Source: Oopsacas minuta
Taxonomy: Eukaryota; Animalia; Porifera
Assembly (NCBI GenBank): GCA_024704765.1
Contig: JAKMXF010000332.1
Span: 726,018-790,017 of the forward strand
DNA: 64,000 bases
Direction: 5' to 3'
In this document: positions 38,201 to 51,199 of the stretch, piece by piece
How the letters are laid out: each line of letters begins with the position of its first letter
How positions within the stretch are numbered: position 1 is the stretch's first letter
Position numbers and translations under genes: made by a program
Notes under the pieces: generated by a model
What the model was told of the DNA's origin: nothing
The model's input: only the letters and a program-made list of their open reading frames with translations
Database searches by the model: none

Positions 38201-39835
38201 ATTTACATATGACAAAATCGAATTTTGTTTATGCTTGCTAATTGAAATTTGAATATTTACTGTTAGAAAGTGCGAATACACATTCAAGATTTAGATACAT
38301 ACTATATTACCAATATTAACATTCAAAGTGAGCTAACAAAGAACAATGAATCAAAATAAATAAGTATCAAAATATGTAGGAATTAATTAATTATCATACT
38401 CAAATACCCAAAAATAATTGATTTTTCAGTGTTTCATTTCTATTTTCTAAGAAAATCCAAGATTTTTCTAAAATAGGAGACGACATTAAATCGGTGGTTT
38501 TAGAAGGGCACATTGCTTCAGTTTCTTCAGAATACCGTGACTTTAATCCCAGGATTTATCTCCACAACATTGTACCTATCGGGAGTCTACCTCTGTACAT
38601 CCCTCACAGGATTTATTTTCACAACCCTGTACCTATCAAGATAATGTTAACAGTAGCAATTTAGGACTGGAAATGGACATTCAAGATTATCTTACTACGA
38701 TTCTCATTCCCATCCTAATCCTACGGCAACCCTTGTGAAGAGTTCAAATTCAAATTTTGACTGAATGAACGTTTTATCAATACTGACTTAATTTATTCAC
38801 ATTTTGTATTGCACAATTATTATTTAGCTCATCTTACTTATCAATTCCTTAAACTTCTTGGCCTTCAAAATATCATCGAGGGACAGATTGAGTATGGACC
38901 TTACACCCACAATAGTATCCCAATACATAATGACACAACTCGTGACCATTGGTTGGTTAATGTGCAAATAAGGGTGGTAAAGTTTCTCGGTACGACGGTT
39001 CCTTCTTTGAAGAGACTTCTGAAATAGTAGAAATTCAACTTGCGCAGAATTATTATCAAAGAAATAAGTTAACATGCTCTATTGAACGGATACAACAACA
39101 GAAAAGCTATAGGTGTACAAAATGCTACGGGTTCAATATAAAATGCACGACACCTTGGTCAGTGTATTCGAAATCAACGTATAACCTTATTCACTGAAAT
39201 CCTGTCTAGCCATACAACAGTGGGTAGGATTCGAATACAACAACAAAAATTGGTAAACGTTGATCTTCACAGCACTTGTAACATCCCAGAAGTTTGGAAT
39301 ATCTACATGCTCAAATTTAAGGCATGTGGTTCTGGTATCATAATCCTTGTGGTTGGATACTCTGATGAGCATCATGTAACGCATGCAATAGGCAGACCAT
39401 ATAGATGTTCCAATTGTATTATTAAACCATATCTATCTTGTATTTTGTGGGAGGCACATAAAGTTATTACTTGTTACCAAAAATCAGTTTCTAAGAATTG
39501 GAGAGCGGCATTTTAATAGGGAAGCTTCTTTAGAAGATGCCCTAAGGTTAAGGAGGCTGTGCGAAGGATGTTCATCTGACCGATGAAGTAGTTGAATACT
39601 CCATCGCGACGTTCAGGTCCAATTGAACGTAGCTTTTGATCAAAAGTTGTCATTACATTAGGTAAAATTTAATGAACAATAATAGCAGACGGGGTAAATG
39701 ATTGGGACGGGATAAAACAAGTTTGTTAGTTTTTATTTATTGTTTATTAATAATGTCTCAGCACCGTACAATAATTCTGATTCTACGTTAATAATCTTCA
39801 CATTTTGTCAGTCACTTAGATTACATCAGCTTCGC

Positions 39836-42050
39836 TATTGCATCAAGATTAGAGTGCTGTAAAATATTGTTAGGTAGAATACGTTCTCAACTTTCATGTA
39901 AGATAGTTGAGGAGATTCGTCTCATCCCAGAATGTAACTGCTCTCATACTTGAGAGTTGATCGTTTAAATATCCCTGATACTAAAGGGACGCATTGAATA
40001 GACGGGGCTAATTTGTGATTGATGGAATGGAAACGATCAACCAAGAAAGTGATTCTACGAAATGTTGTTGGATCTCTAAAAAATCTTTCATTAATAATCA
40101 ATAAAAGCTTTGGAAAACCCCAAAAATATACCTGAATAAGCAGATCGTATCCAAGTTATACGCATTGTCATATATAATATAACTCTTGTTGTGGAAAATA
40201 CCCATGTGTATAGAATATAGTGATATTTGATTCTCCAGAAGAAATTTAAACCCGTAGCAAGTGCCATGTCGCCAGGACATAGTCATCCCAGGAGATAGAT
40301 TTCTGTTTTGGATGCACCTTTTTTACATCCTGTGGATGTAGAATGTTCTGGATCATGGTCTGATTAGTAGCTTGGTAATCTAAATCTAGATCAAAAATCA
40401 TTTAGCTCTATATAGCTAAGGTAAAGTTGTGTAACTGTATTAGTTTAAGGTAGGAAAATATTCTAGAAATATTTTTTGAACCTCGAGGGGAATAGGTTTC
40501 CATAAATACTAGGATAGATATTTTGGATATGCTTGAATAAAGGACAATAACAGTGCAGACACATCCGATGTAGACGCAACAAACTTGAAGAAAGTATTTC
40601 GAAGTTAGACAACGTAAATAGTGTTTATAAATTCACCAACTTCGCATATGGAAGCCCTATCTGATTAATTTCTTCATGCTGACCACATGCGAAACTCCAT
40701 GCAAGCCCGCCATTTGAGGTTGAAATTATCATCCTTTGAAGCCATAAATTGAACAGTAGGTATGAATTGACTACGCGGAATTATCTCAAAAAACCATAAT
40801 TTGTATTGAAAAAGCTTGAAACTTTCAGTATATGGAGTTTAACTATATGTGCTTATAATATATGAAAGTTAGATATATTACTTGACTAATTCCTGAGATA
40901 TAACATGACCCGCAAGACGTATTGGACGCCCTGATACCACATAATGCGTAGACAGGATCATTCCAGCCCTTATTAGCATGCTACACTCATGTAACAGTCC
41001 GTGATGTATCAGATAACAATTATATACATTGAGGAGAAGATCTGCATTCCCTTGGTACAAGCATTCACACACGCAAGGACCATCGCATATCACTCGATAA
41101 ACTAAAAATATCCGTCCATAGTTTAATTACAGTTAAACACTAAAGGAATACTTAAAGTTAACAAAATGGCGCATATGTATTATGAATGTTAACCTGGTTA
41201 TAATGCACTGAATTTGTTAGAATATGAGAATCTCAATTGAATTAAAAGAAACTATTACCTTTGTGTGATCTGGGGAGAGATAACAGCGCTTTCATTTTCA
41301 GTTTAAACAATTATTCCTTTGGGCGAAACGCTAACGCAGTAATCTGCTAGAAATCGGAAATTACATTTACATTCTGTAGCGAATGTCTTCAATTTTTCAG
41401 ACAAATTTAACCTCTCATTGATATGTGAAAATGTATACCGAAAGGAGTTGGTTGTGACTGTCATAAAATGAATAAGCTAGTATTCGTGATTAGGCACCTG
41501 AGTCTCGAATGATTGTTGATATTGAACAAGCACTTGAATTTCTGGGCAAACATCAGTACAATTTGTACAATGCAACTTGTTTCCAATAAACTTCAATATA
41601 TGATAAAGGTATCATATAATATCCAAACGAACTTATTAGAGAAATGTTTGAGGTATCTCGTGGAGAAATGAATTGGATATATAAACTTCAAAGCTACTTT
41701 CTTTCCGAAGCGATTGAAAATGCTTTCATAGTAGGCAATTTGCAGAAGTGCATTGCATACACAACGAATTTTTCACATCTACAACACGTCTTGGTATAAG
41801 TTTGAGTAGTCCTAGATGATAAAATATAATAATATTTTAGAGAGGCTAAAGAGTTTCGTAAATGATACTAGATTCATACCAGAAATTGTAATTTCATAAT
41901 AATACATCAATGTGATTTCAGTTTCTTCAAGTCGTTTAATGCAAGAGTTGTGGATAAGAATTAACAAATATTTTCCTCAGGATCTGATTCCAGTGTAGAG
42001 AACAACCAATCTATCTTGATCAGTGTCTCCTAAATCAGATCCAGATTGAT
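39836..42050 (-). pseudogene. KDZ (Kyakuja-Dileera-Zisupton) CxC-type transposase relic, HMGXB3-related clade
   Basis: In order on the minus strand: YRVICDGPCVCECLYQGNADLLLNV, LSPGMTMSWRHGTCYGF, YIIYDNAYNL..CLFR, RDPTTF..FLVDRFHSINH, QLSYMK. These match the KDZ PG..C.HG.CYGF / YDNAC / VDRFH..NH pattern. Multiple stops and frameshifts. Confidence 0.75.
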
Positions 42051-43084
42051 CTGTAATACCGCAATATTATAAATATAGTGTACTTGTTTGCTAATAATAA
42101 GTATAGTAAAGGCTTTCAGATTGGTGGTGAACACTGGGATATTGGAAACTGTCGAGGAGTGGTCAGGTTATGGATAGACTATCTGCACCATTGATCAAGC
42201 GGACCCCACGGATTTAACTTATTAAAATACATTTTATGAAGCCTTAAGTAGGGTGAAAAAGATATCTTGAGACGTATGGACAATTCTTCTTGGATCCATT
42301 CGATCCAAGAAGAATAAATATATTATTATTTGCTATAGAATAAATAAACAAGCTCAATTTGAGTACTAACTAAACATAGTACGCGGACGTATGACTGTCA
42401 CACAAGTGGAATTAGGTTATATTTGCACATTAAAGTTGAAGTACTCACCAATGTCAAGCTCTTAATTTCCAACATCCAGCTGATGATTATCTTGAGAATA
42501 TGTAGGAGAAATGTCTATATCCCGCATTAAATAGTCTGCCATCAAAGGAATGGTTCAATATAAATAATGTACTATTTATGTTGTTTTGTTCTGTGAGTCT
42601 TGCTTAATTCTCTATATAAATCATATAATTCCATATATATACATCCTTTGTGGCATTGGTATTCAAGTGTCATGCTATTCTCTAGGACGAGTGATAAACA
42701 CAGTAATGTTTGAAGCCTCCAGTCTCTTTACTAATAAATCTAGTAAGTAGTAAATAATTATGTGGTGTATTTATATTGACAAGAATACACAAGCACAAAA
42801 ACAAACACATTATTATGGACAGATAAATATCATCTATAGATTGCTGGCTAAGAAATATCGAGTTTAGTAGTAAAAGTTTCTAGTTCGTGGATAAGATACT
42901 CGCTAAGGTATATTCATTGTACGCAAAGGGACTCACTGAACTACGTGCCGAGTCCTTTAAGTATATGTGAATTTTCGCATGCATGACTAATATTTACATA
43001 TCAATTTCCACTAAATTTTCAGCCACTGTACACAAAAAGGGGTGTATACATACACTAAGAAGACAAAGGATTGCAACAACAAAA

Positions 43085-43865
43085 TATACAATTGTATATC
43101 TTGGAAATACGGCTAATATTTGGATATTCATACGATAATTAATTGAAAGAACTATTGACTATGTTAGTTGACATTGTACTCACTGAATCGAAGGATATTT
43201 TTCGAATCACAAATTCTCAAGCCTGACTTTACTCACTAAATAGATAATGAGTAGAAATATATTCTATTCCTAAATGACCACAATTCAAACGAGATGGAGC
43301 AATCCTCATAGCAATTTCGCAATCTACGGGTGTGTAATACCCCAGAATCAACTTTTGAACTGATTAGAGCAAATATTCTTGACTTATTGGCATTTTCATC
43401 TTGGTGGCAGAGGTGGCACACCTCTAAAATATTGGCACACTAATGAAATACTGTATGAGAGTCATTTGAGAGTCTCCAAACAGATTTGGAAATATTTGGA
43501 TAGTTGGGATAAGTCGATTTTTGGAACATATAATTAACTTACGAAGTGGTGCAGACATACTTCGAATGTGCACAAATATGAAAATGACAATATTTCAACA
43601 TGGTTTGTTCCAAACAGTTCGAAATATTCATACTGGGGTATTACACACCCACAGAATTCGAATATGCTATCAGAATCGCTCTATCTCATTTGAATTTTGT
43701 ACAATTAGGAGTTTAATATATTCCAAGTTCATCATCTATAAATGAGTAAAGTCAAGCTAGAAAATATGCAATTCGAAAATTTTGTCAGGAAAATGTCACT
43801 ATCTTAGGCAGTAGTTCTTTGAGTAATATTATCGTATATTTCCAGGAGTTACAATTGTATACATT
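43085..43865. mobile_element. Old, diverged foldback MITE with long imperfect inverted arms
   Basis: 43222-43400 pairs imperfectly with 43583-43757 (for example gggtgtgtaatacccaga / ctggggtattacacaccc); weaker pairing extends to tatacaattgta at both outer edges. Confidence 0.7.
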
Positions 43866-44455
43866 CTGGTGAACAAGTACTTGTGTTCATTAGTATATAA
43901 ATAAATATACCTTAGTTCAAATGGCCGTCTTTAGGGGTGGCTGTATTAGTGTAAATTATTTCAAATTGATTCAGAATTCGATTATAATAGTGGTGTTTGT
44001 ATTGTGCTGGGTTTCAGTACCCTATGTCCCGTTTTTGCTCAATTTTGGGGAATAGTGAATAATGTAATTATTTCAGGGATTGAGATCTGAAAACTTAGTT
44101 TCGGGTGTTTTATGTCGGTTATTAATACTTTTTGATGGCAAATCGTGTACTATTCAGAAATGAATCTGCTAATTGGATTTTCATCCGAAATACCCACATC
44201 GTACTATCAAGATATTGGATTATTTTGTCCAAATCTTTGCACCTAATTATCCCGAACGACAAAATGTACATGTTAGATTTACATTACAAAATAGCATACA
44301 ATACCATGTATAATGTCATTTTAGCATGAAGTTTACGCAAAATAAACGGATAAGACAGAATAATTTAATGACAAAATAATCCGATTTTGGCTGTATATAC
44401 ATTTTATACTTTTACCAGTTTCTTCAGATATTTGTTTTCTCCATACTCTCCCTTT

Positions 44456-46429
44456 ATGAATCATAACCTCCCCATTTCCCGTTCTAAAGAAAGTATTTAT
44501 AAGGAGATTTTATCAAGTAATATTCTTATAGTTGCAGGAGAAACTGGATGTGGAAAAACAACACAGATTCCTCAATTTGTCAGTGATATATTGTCCCAAA
44601 ACAGCCAATCTCAATCCAAAGTTTGTTGTGTCCTGCCGAGAAGAATTGCTGCTATAAAAGCGGCCGAATACGTTGCTATTGGAATGCATTGTGAAGTTGG
44701 GCTAAAGGTGGGTTACCAAGTACGGTTTGAAAACGTTACTTCCCCTCTAACCACTATCTTCTTTAAAACTGATGGGGTTCTATTTAGAGAGCTGATTCAA
44801 GACCAATATCTTATGAATTATTCTGCTGTTATTCTGGACGAAGCTCATGAAGGGACTATCTATAACGATGTCCTCATGTCTTTTCTAAAACAAGCAGTAT
44901 TACATCGAAAAGTTTCACATTCACCTTTGAAATTGATTATCATGTCAGCTACAATCAATGTTTTGGAGTTTTCAAAATTCTTTGATAATTGTAAAGTCCT
45001 CTATATTACAGGGAGACAGTATAATATAGACATTGTATTTTCTGAATTTCCACAATCGTCTTACATTAAATCTTCTCTGATCACTGCGATTAACATCCAT
45101 AAAGAAGATAACTTTTCTAATCATTTGGGCTTTGGATCTATTTTAATATTCCTCACAGGTGAGGAAGAAATCAATACTGCAGCTAAGCAACTTAAGTGCA
45201 TGAGTATTATATTCGCAAGGGATTTTCCATTATGTCCCAAGATAAAAATTTGTGTTTTATATGCAAATTTAGCCAAGAAACATCAACAAGAATCTATATC
45301 ATTGTCTAAACATAATGAACGAAAGATCATTATTGCAACTAACATTGCAGAGACAAGTTTAACTATCCCTGGGGTTAAATTTGTTATCGATTGTGGAAAG
45401 ATAAAGCGGAGACACTTCAATCATTTATCAGGCTTAGAATCATTGAAGGTTTGTAGTATCTCCAAAGAACAGGCAAATCAGAGAGCTGGAAGAGCAGGTC
45501 GAGATCAACCTGGAAAATGTTATCGTTTGTATACTTCAATTGATTGGGATGATATGGATACTTCCAGCAAACGAGAGATTTGTTGCTGTGACCTAACAAG
45601 TATTATTTTCGAAATCATTGCAATAGGTGTTAAGGATATCCAAAATTTCAGTTTTTTTACGTCTCCAGGATCTGGTGTGATTAGAAGATCCTTGAATAAT
45701 TTACTTGCATTGGATTGTATTGCTAAAATTGATGTTATTTACTCCAATGACTTTTTTCAACTCAATGCACTTGGAAAACAAATGGTTCAATTTCCTCTCA
45801 ATCCTTATTTTTCTAAGCTTATCTTACAATCAATTGAATACCATTGTACCAAGGAAATACTCATAGTTGTTTCATATTTATCTCTAGAAGCTATTTATAA
45901 TTCATTTGAAAAAGTGGACGATTTCTATAAGATTACAAATTCATTCGACGGAAATGCTGGAGATCATATTCTTTATATAAATATCCTAAAGGGATGGATG
46001 AGTTCAAATATTAATTGCCATTCGGAAGATTTTCACTTTCTTTCTTTTAGAATTATTGAAAATTTTAGAAAAGTCTTCGAACAGTTAGCAGATATTTTTG
46101 CGAAAAATGTATCTCTACCAATTTGCTCTAATCCTAATATAATTGATATTCAAAAATGTTTACTTTCGGTATATTATCTGAATTTGTGTGAGCATAAAGG
46201 AAATGGAAGATATTTTGCTCTTAGTTACGGAACTATTTTTTATATCCACCCTTCATCATGTTGCTTCCACCAACAACCAGACTTTCTCATATTCTCGAAT
46301 ATAATCACTACCACTAAACCATTTTTGAAATTCGTTACCCCAATCAACAAGGACTTTATAGGAGATTATATTGAGAAAATCCGAAAGATAAATAATAAGG
46401 GTATATTTACATTAGATGTTCTTGTTTGA
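44456..46429 (+). CDS. DHX33: DEAH-box ATP-dependent RNA helicase, DHX33-like, single long exon (5' end uncertain)
   Basis: GETGCGKTT, DEAH, SAT, FLTGEEEI, ATNIAETSLTI, QRAGRAGR, HA2 (MVQFPLNP) and OB (IHPSS) motifs. DHX33-like segments include PLKLIIMSAT, TGRQY and YHCTKEILIVVSYLS. First ATG is at 44456; a possible acceptor ttcttcag lies upstream. Confidence 0.85.
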   Translation: MNHNLPISRSKESIYKEILSSNILIVAGETGCGKTTQIPQFVSDILSQNSQSQSKVCCVLPRRIAAIKAAEYVAIGMHCEVGLKVGYQVRFENVTSPLTTIFFKTDGVLFRELIQDQYLMNYSAVILDEAHEGTIYNDVLMSFLKQAVLHRKVSHSPLKLIIMSATINVLEFSKFFDNCKVLYITGRQYNIDIVFSEFPQSSYIKSSLITAINIHKEDNFSNHLGFGSILIFLTGEEEINTAAKQLKCMSIIFARDFPLCPKIKICVLYANLAKKHQQESISLSKHNERKIIIATNIAETSLTIPGVKFVIDCGKIKRRHFNHLSGLESLKVCSISKEQANQRAGRAGRDQPGKCYRLYTSIDWDDMDTSSKREICCCDLTSIIFEIIAIGVKDIQNFSFFTSPGSGVIRRSLNNLLALDCIAKIDVIYSNDFFQLNALGKQMVQFPLNPYFSKLILQSIEYHCTKEILIVVSYLSLEAIYNSFEKVDDFYKITNSFDGNAGDHILYINILKGWMSSNINCHSEDFHFLSFRIIENFRKVFEQLADIFAKNVSLPICSNPNIIDIQKCLLSVYYLNLCEHKGNGRYFALSYGTIFYIHPSSCCFHQQPDFLIFSNIITTTKPFLKFVTPINKDFIGDYIEKIRKINNKGIFTLDVLV

Positions 46430-46709
46430 CATTAGCCATATTGAATGGATTTTCTGGTTCCCCGCATTTTTTGCAATATCTACAATAGGAATTGAAAATT
46501 TAATTTAGATGAATTTATTGAAAATATTCCGATTAGGTTTACTTCTCGATTAAGAAATACATTGGATGCCGGATATAAGAACCACAACTTGAATGACGGA
46601 ATCTTTTGTATTGTACTCCATGGAATTTTCCCGGGTGTAAGAACATTCTTAGTCTAGTACTAAATTGGTTCTCATTACCAATATGTTTGTATAATTCAGC
46701 ATAAATTGG

Positions 46710-47683
46710 ATCTGTATATTTTGATCGAATTTTATGTAGAACTTTGATCAAATTTTCTTATGTCGAACTTTGATCGAATGATGAAAAAGGCAAATTTTGA
46801 TCAAAGTTCCACTAAATTGTCTCCAGTCGAACTTTGATCGAAAAATTGTAGAATTTTGATCAAAAATGGGAACTTTGATCGAAAATGAGAACTTTGATCG
46901 AAATTGGAGAAAATATACCAAAAAAATCCAACGATACGCCATTTTACAAGGATTAATAATAATCAATCCACAAAAAACTCCATCCAATCATAAAATTAGC
47001 ATAAATTCCACACTCCCATTCTTTAGTAGCTAATAACGAACACAAATAAATACTCCCAGAGCCATAAATTAGCAAAATAAATCCCTAATCCTCTCCCAAT
47101 TGTACTCTTTCCAACTAATAAAATATAAAGTTAGTGTGGAATTTATGCTAATTTTATGATTGGAAGGAGTTTTTTTGGATTGATTATTAATAATCTTTGT
47201 AAAATGGCGTATCGTTGTATTTTTTAGTTGGATTTTCTCCATTTTCGAACAAAGTTCTCATTTTCGATCAAAGTTCCCATTTTCGATCAAAGTTCCCATT
47301 TTCGATCAAAGTTCTCATATTCGATTAAAGTTCCCATTTTCGATCAAAGTTCTCATATTCGATTAAAGTTCCCATTTTCGATCAAAGTTCTCATTTTCGA
47401 TCAAAGTTCTCACTATCGATCAAAGTTCCCATTTTCGATTAAAGTTCCCATTTTCGATCAAAGTTCTCACTTTCGATCAAAGTTCCCATTTTCGATCAAA
47501 GTTCTCATTTTCGATCAAAGTTCCCATTTTTGATCAAAATTCTACAATTTTTCGATCAAAGTTCGACTGGAGATATTTTAGTGGAACTTTGATCAAAATT
47601 TGCCTTTTCCATCATTCGATCAAAGTTCAACATAAGAAAATTTGATCAAAGTTCTACATAAAATTCGATCAAAATCTACAGAT
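46710..47683. mobile_element. Foldback element with about 300 bp inverted arms, 118 bp spacer and modular 19-bp repeats
   Basis: 46710-47014 is the reverse complement of 47133-47683 once the repeat expansion in the right arm is allowed for. Confidence 0.88.
47246..47530 (+). repeat. Tandem array of 15 x 19 bp, consensus CGATCAAAGTTC(C/T)CATTTT
   Basis: Units counted by hand; the left arm has only 2 corresponding units. Confidence 0.95.
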
Positions 47684-49429
47684 GCACTATAACCTGCATC
47701 TACTACACAACATACCAGTTATAAGAACATTATTTCCAATTCCCGACGATGTTCTCATAACCGGCATTCACTGTATTTTCAAAATGTATCCATTACATAC
47801 AGTACAACCTAGAATCAACCTCTACTGTGATTTCTAACATATACATTATACGACTCTCCCGACCTTTGTCAAGATTCTCTTCCAAACTGAGATCAATCTT
47901 TTATTAATTAATTACATAATTAAAATTAAATAATGCGAATATTTTCTTTATGGCATTAAATCAATTTATATAAGTTATTATATTATTTTACCAAATCATT
48001 AAACATTAGTGCATAGTATTGTATCTTGTAAATTAATTGTATATATGCAATCCACAATTGCAGTGGTTCTCAACTGTACATTAAGCTTTGTGGATGATCT
48101 TTAATACTTAGAATATCGGGATAAAATAGTCCAAATCGGGGTGAAAAGCTCCAACATACCATCATGGGTTGGTATATTTAAACAAGTCGGTAAAATACAG
48201 ACAAATAGAAAAATATTTATTTACCTTGTGGAAATCGGGATAATATACCTCCCAGAGGTACTTATGTTAGCAATCAGGTTATTCGAACAAAATCGGGGTT
48301 ATCCAGACTTGTTCGGGAGGGTGGATAATATGCATTTATACCATTGCGGTATTTGCTCTATACATAGTATTTTGAGATTCTTGTATTAAGGAACACCATG
48401 GACACACTCATCGTAGTATTTTGAGAGGAGTGTAGAACTATGAAATTTAGGTATGTAACACGAATTGTACATGTGATTCTTTGTAATACTCAATTATCTA
48501 TATTCTAGAGATGTAATATACCTTACAAATTACAATATTTCGCCTATATATAATACAGTACACAAAGTAACATTTATTCACTAACTTTTGTTTCACAAAA
48601 TGACTGAATAACATTTTATTAATTTTAATAAAGTCAATAAGAGTTTCAAGGAGTGTGCATGTATACATGAAACGTTACTATATTAAACGATCCATTTTGT
48701 AAACGAAAAACATTTCTTCCTCACTGATCTAATGTTGTCTTAATTAAACAAAATTTCGGAACAAGATACCAGGGTTCAATGAATTAATAAATATATACGA
48801 AATACATAAAAATGAAATATTAAAACAAACATGTAATTTTCCAATAAGAAGGTAAAATGTACATAAATTAACGTGAATTGTGATTAAGAAAAATTAAGCA
48901 ATCATTTGAGAACTCGGCTCAATTATTTATTCATACTTCAGTGTAATTGTATAGGACTGTATATGCCATAATCAAATAGGCTATATATGTAGGTGTACGT
49001 CCGTTTGTTGGCTCCCTGCGGCTGTTCGTTATCTAGAGTCCGATTAGCTTGGTACATACATATCAATATGCACGAGCCTTTGGCTCTTCACTTCGCGATG
49101 AACTCTGCCCATTGTGCCTCAAGATATCCATTATTCTCCGAATTAATGGCCCCTTTGAGTATTATAATATAGATATATTTAGAACAATGTAATGCACAAA
49201 TATACGTAATAGGCATATATATTATCGGATTATTTTGTAAGATTAACCCCCTTGTAGCCGTTGAGAGCAAGATCTACGTGTATTTTGAGATTTTGCTAAT
49301 TTGTTTACTTTTATCCTAAAAACAACAATAAATTTGCTTATGAGAAACTTGAATATGCAAAAATCAGTTGAGAGCAAGTCTCTATGCACATTTTGAGATT
49401 TCAACTATTTGTTTACTGTATAGTATTTA

Positions 49430-50795
49430 CCGGGTGGCCCAAAAATACGGGCCCGTAAATTTCAACTCCAATCACCAATTATGTATCCTACAATAACCCA
49501 AATATTTTTGTTCCCTTGTTTTATGATACTTTAGCTTTCCAAAAAATGAAACAATGGAGTGTTATTCAAAGATCTTGGTGTGTCCAGCATTATTTCCAAA
49601 CTCAATCTTTCAAGAAGATGCGAGAAGAATTTTTGCATAGATTCGATGTCCAAAAAGCACCTTGTAAATCTAGATTACAGGATTGGGTGAAAAGTTCCAG
49701 ACTGGAGGGACTGTTAATTACCTAAATTGTAAGTCTGACGTTCGGAAAAGTCATTCTGGAAGAAAGACTCTGCGTAATCAGACCGTTATCTCTAATGTAC
49801 GTGATTCTGTTGCCCAATCTCCAAAAAGATCAACGAGAAAGAGAGCTCAATGTTTAGGTTTATCTAGGACTACCCTTCAAAGGTACTTAAATATGATCTT
49901 AATCTTTTCCCATACAAGATTCAGACACACCTAATGCTCAAACATGCTGATGAATTAAGGAGAAAAGAGATGACTACTGTTTTGATGGAGAAAATTGAGA
50001 GCACCAAATCCTTTTTGTCCCATCTCTGGACAACTGACGAAGCCCATTTCCACCTATATTGTCAGGTGAATTCTAAAAACAACATCTTTTGGGGCTCTTC
50101 ACGACATGATGAAGTTAATGGAACGCCCTTGCACTGACAAAAAGTCACAGTGTGGTGTGCTCTCTCAATGAAACTGATTATCGGACCGCTGTTTTTCGAG
50201 GAAAGTGTACAAACAGTAACAGTCACGAAGGAACGGTATGTTGATGTGCTGAATAAATTCTGGAATGAATTGGAAACAAGGTGTCACACATATATACCCA
50301 AATCTTGGTTCCAGCAAGATGGTGCTACACCTCATACAGCCAATATCACTATCAATTGGCTCAAGGAACACTTCAAACACCGTGTTGTTAGCAAGCGTTA
50401 CAAGATTGGTTGGCCTCCCTACTCCCCTGATCTTAGTCCCCCAGATTTTTTTCTATGGGGCTATTTAAAAGATAGGGTATACAAGGACAGACCAAAAACT
50501 ATCACAGATTTAAAGCAGAAGATTAAAGATGAGGTAAAGGGAATCAAACGATCAGTCTTGGAGTCGGTGATGGAAAATTTTACTCTGAGGATGCAAAAAT
50601 GCAAAAATCAAAGTGGTTGTCACCTAGAACATCTCCTCTGAACTTAGAATATATTTAAGCTTGAATGCAATTATTTTGCACATCACTTACATACCTACTA
50701 AGATTATTAACAGTGAACTATCATTAATCTATAAATCAATATTATGTACTATTGCGGTAAAATATCATGGGGCTTGTTTTTTTTGGGCCATCCAG
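49430..50795 (+). mobile_element. DD41D (rosa/Visitor) transposon, full length, frameshifted
   Basis: TA|CCGGGTGGCCCAAAAA ... TTTTTGGGCCATCCAG|TA; WTTDEAHF; QQDGATPHT...SPDLSPPDFFLWG with 41 residues between the D's. Confidence 0.92.
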
Positions 50796-51199
50796 TATAT
50801 AAACAACAATAAATTTAATTATGAGAAACTTCAAAATGCGAAATTCGAATTCAGCGTACTGGATTACCCATATAACTTGCATAAAATAAATAAAACAAAA
50901 CAAAATTATGAAAGTTACAAATTGCTGTAGTTGTGCTCAATGGGGAAATTCACTTACGCTATACGCATATAAACGGTTGCTTACGCGTGCTCCTATGCGT
51001 TCCGATTAACGATTTAAAGTAATAATGACTTCCGTTTAGAATGTTTTATCTCTGCTAAGAATCATCAGTTGCGTTTCCAGCCCCGCAATAAACTTTAGAC
51101 GGATGTATTGGTGGTATGTTTCTCGTGGCAGAAGAATTCATTGAACTGTAGACACATAATCAGATTTAATTCCATAGGTAAGACTAGGGCTGTCCAACG

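Noticed and set aside
47246-47530. Possible CRISPR-like array
   Set aside because: Units are contiguous with no unique spacers, there are no cas genes, and the context is eukaryotic.
47228-47533. 101-aa repetitive ORF (SIKVPIFDQSSHFR...)
   Set aside because: Translation of the 19-bp array (57-nt period); no independent coding evidence.
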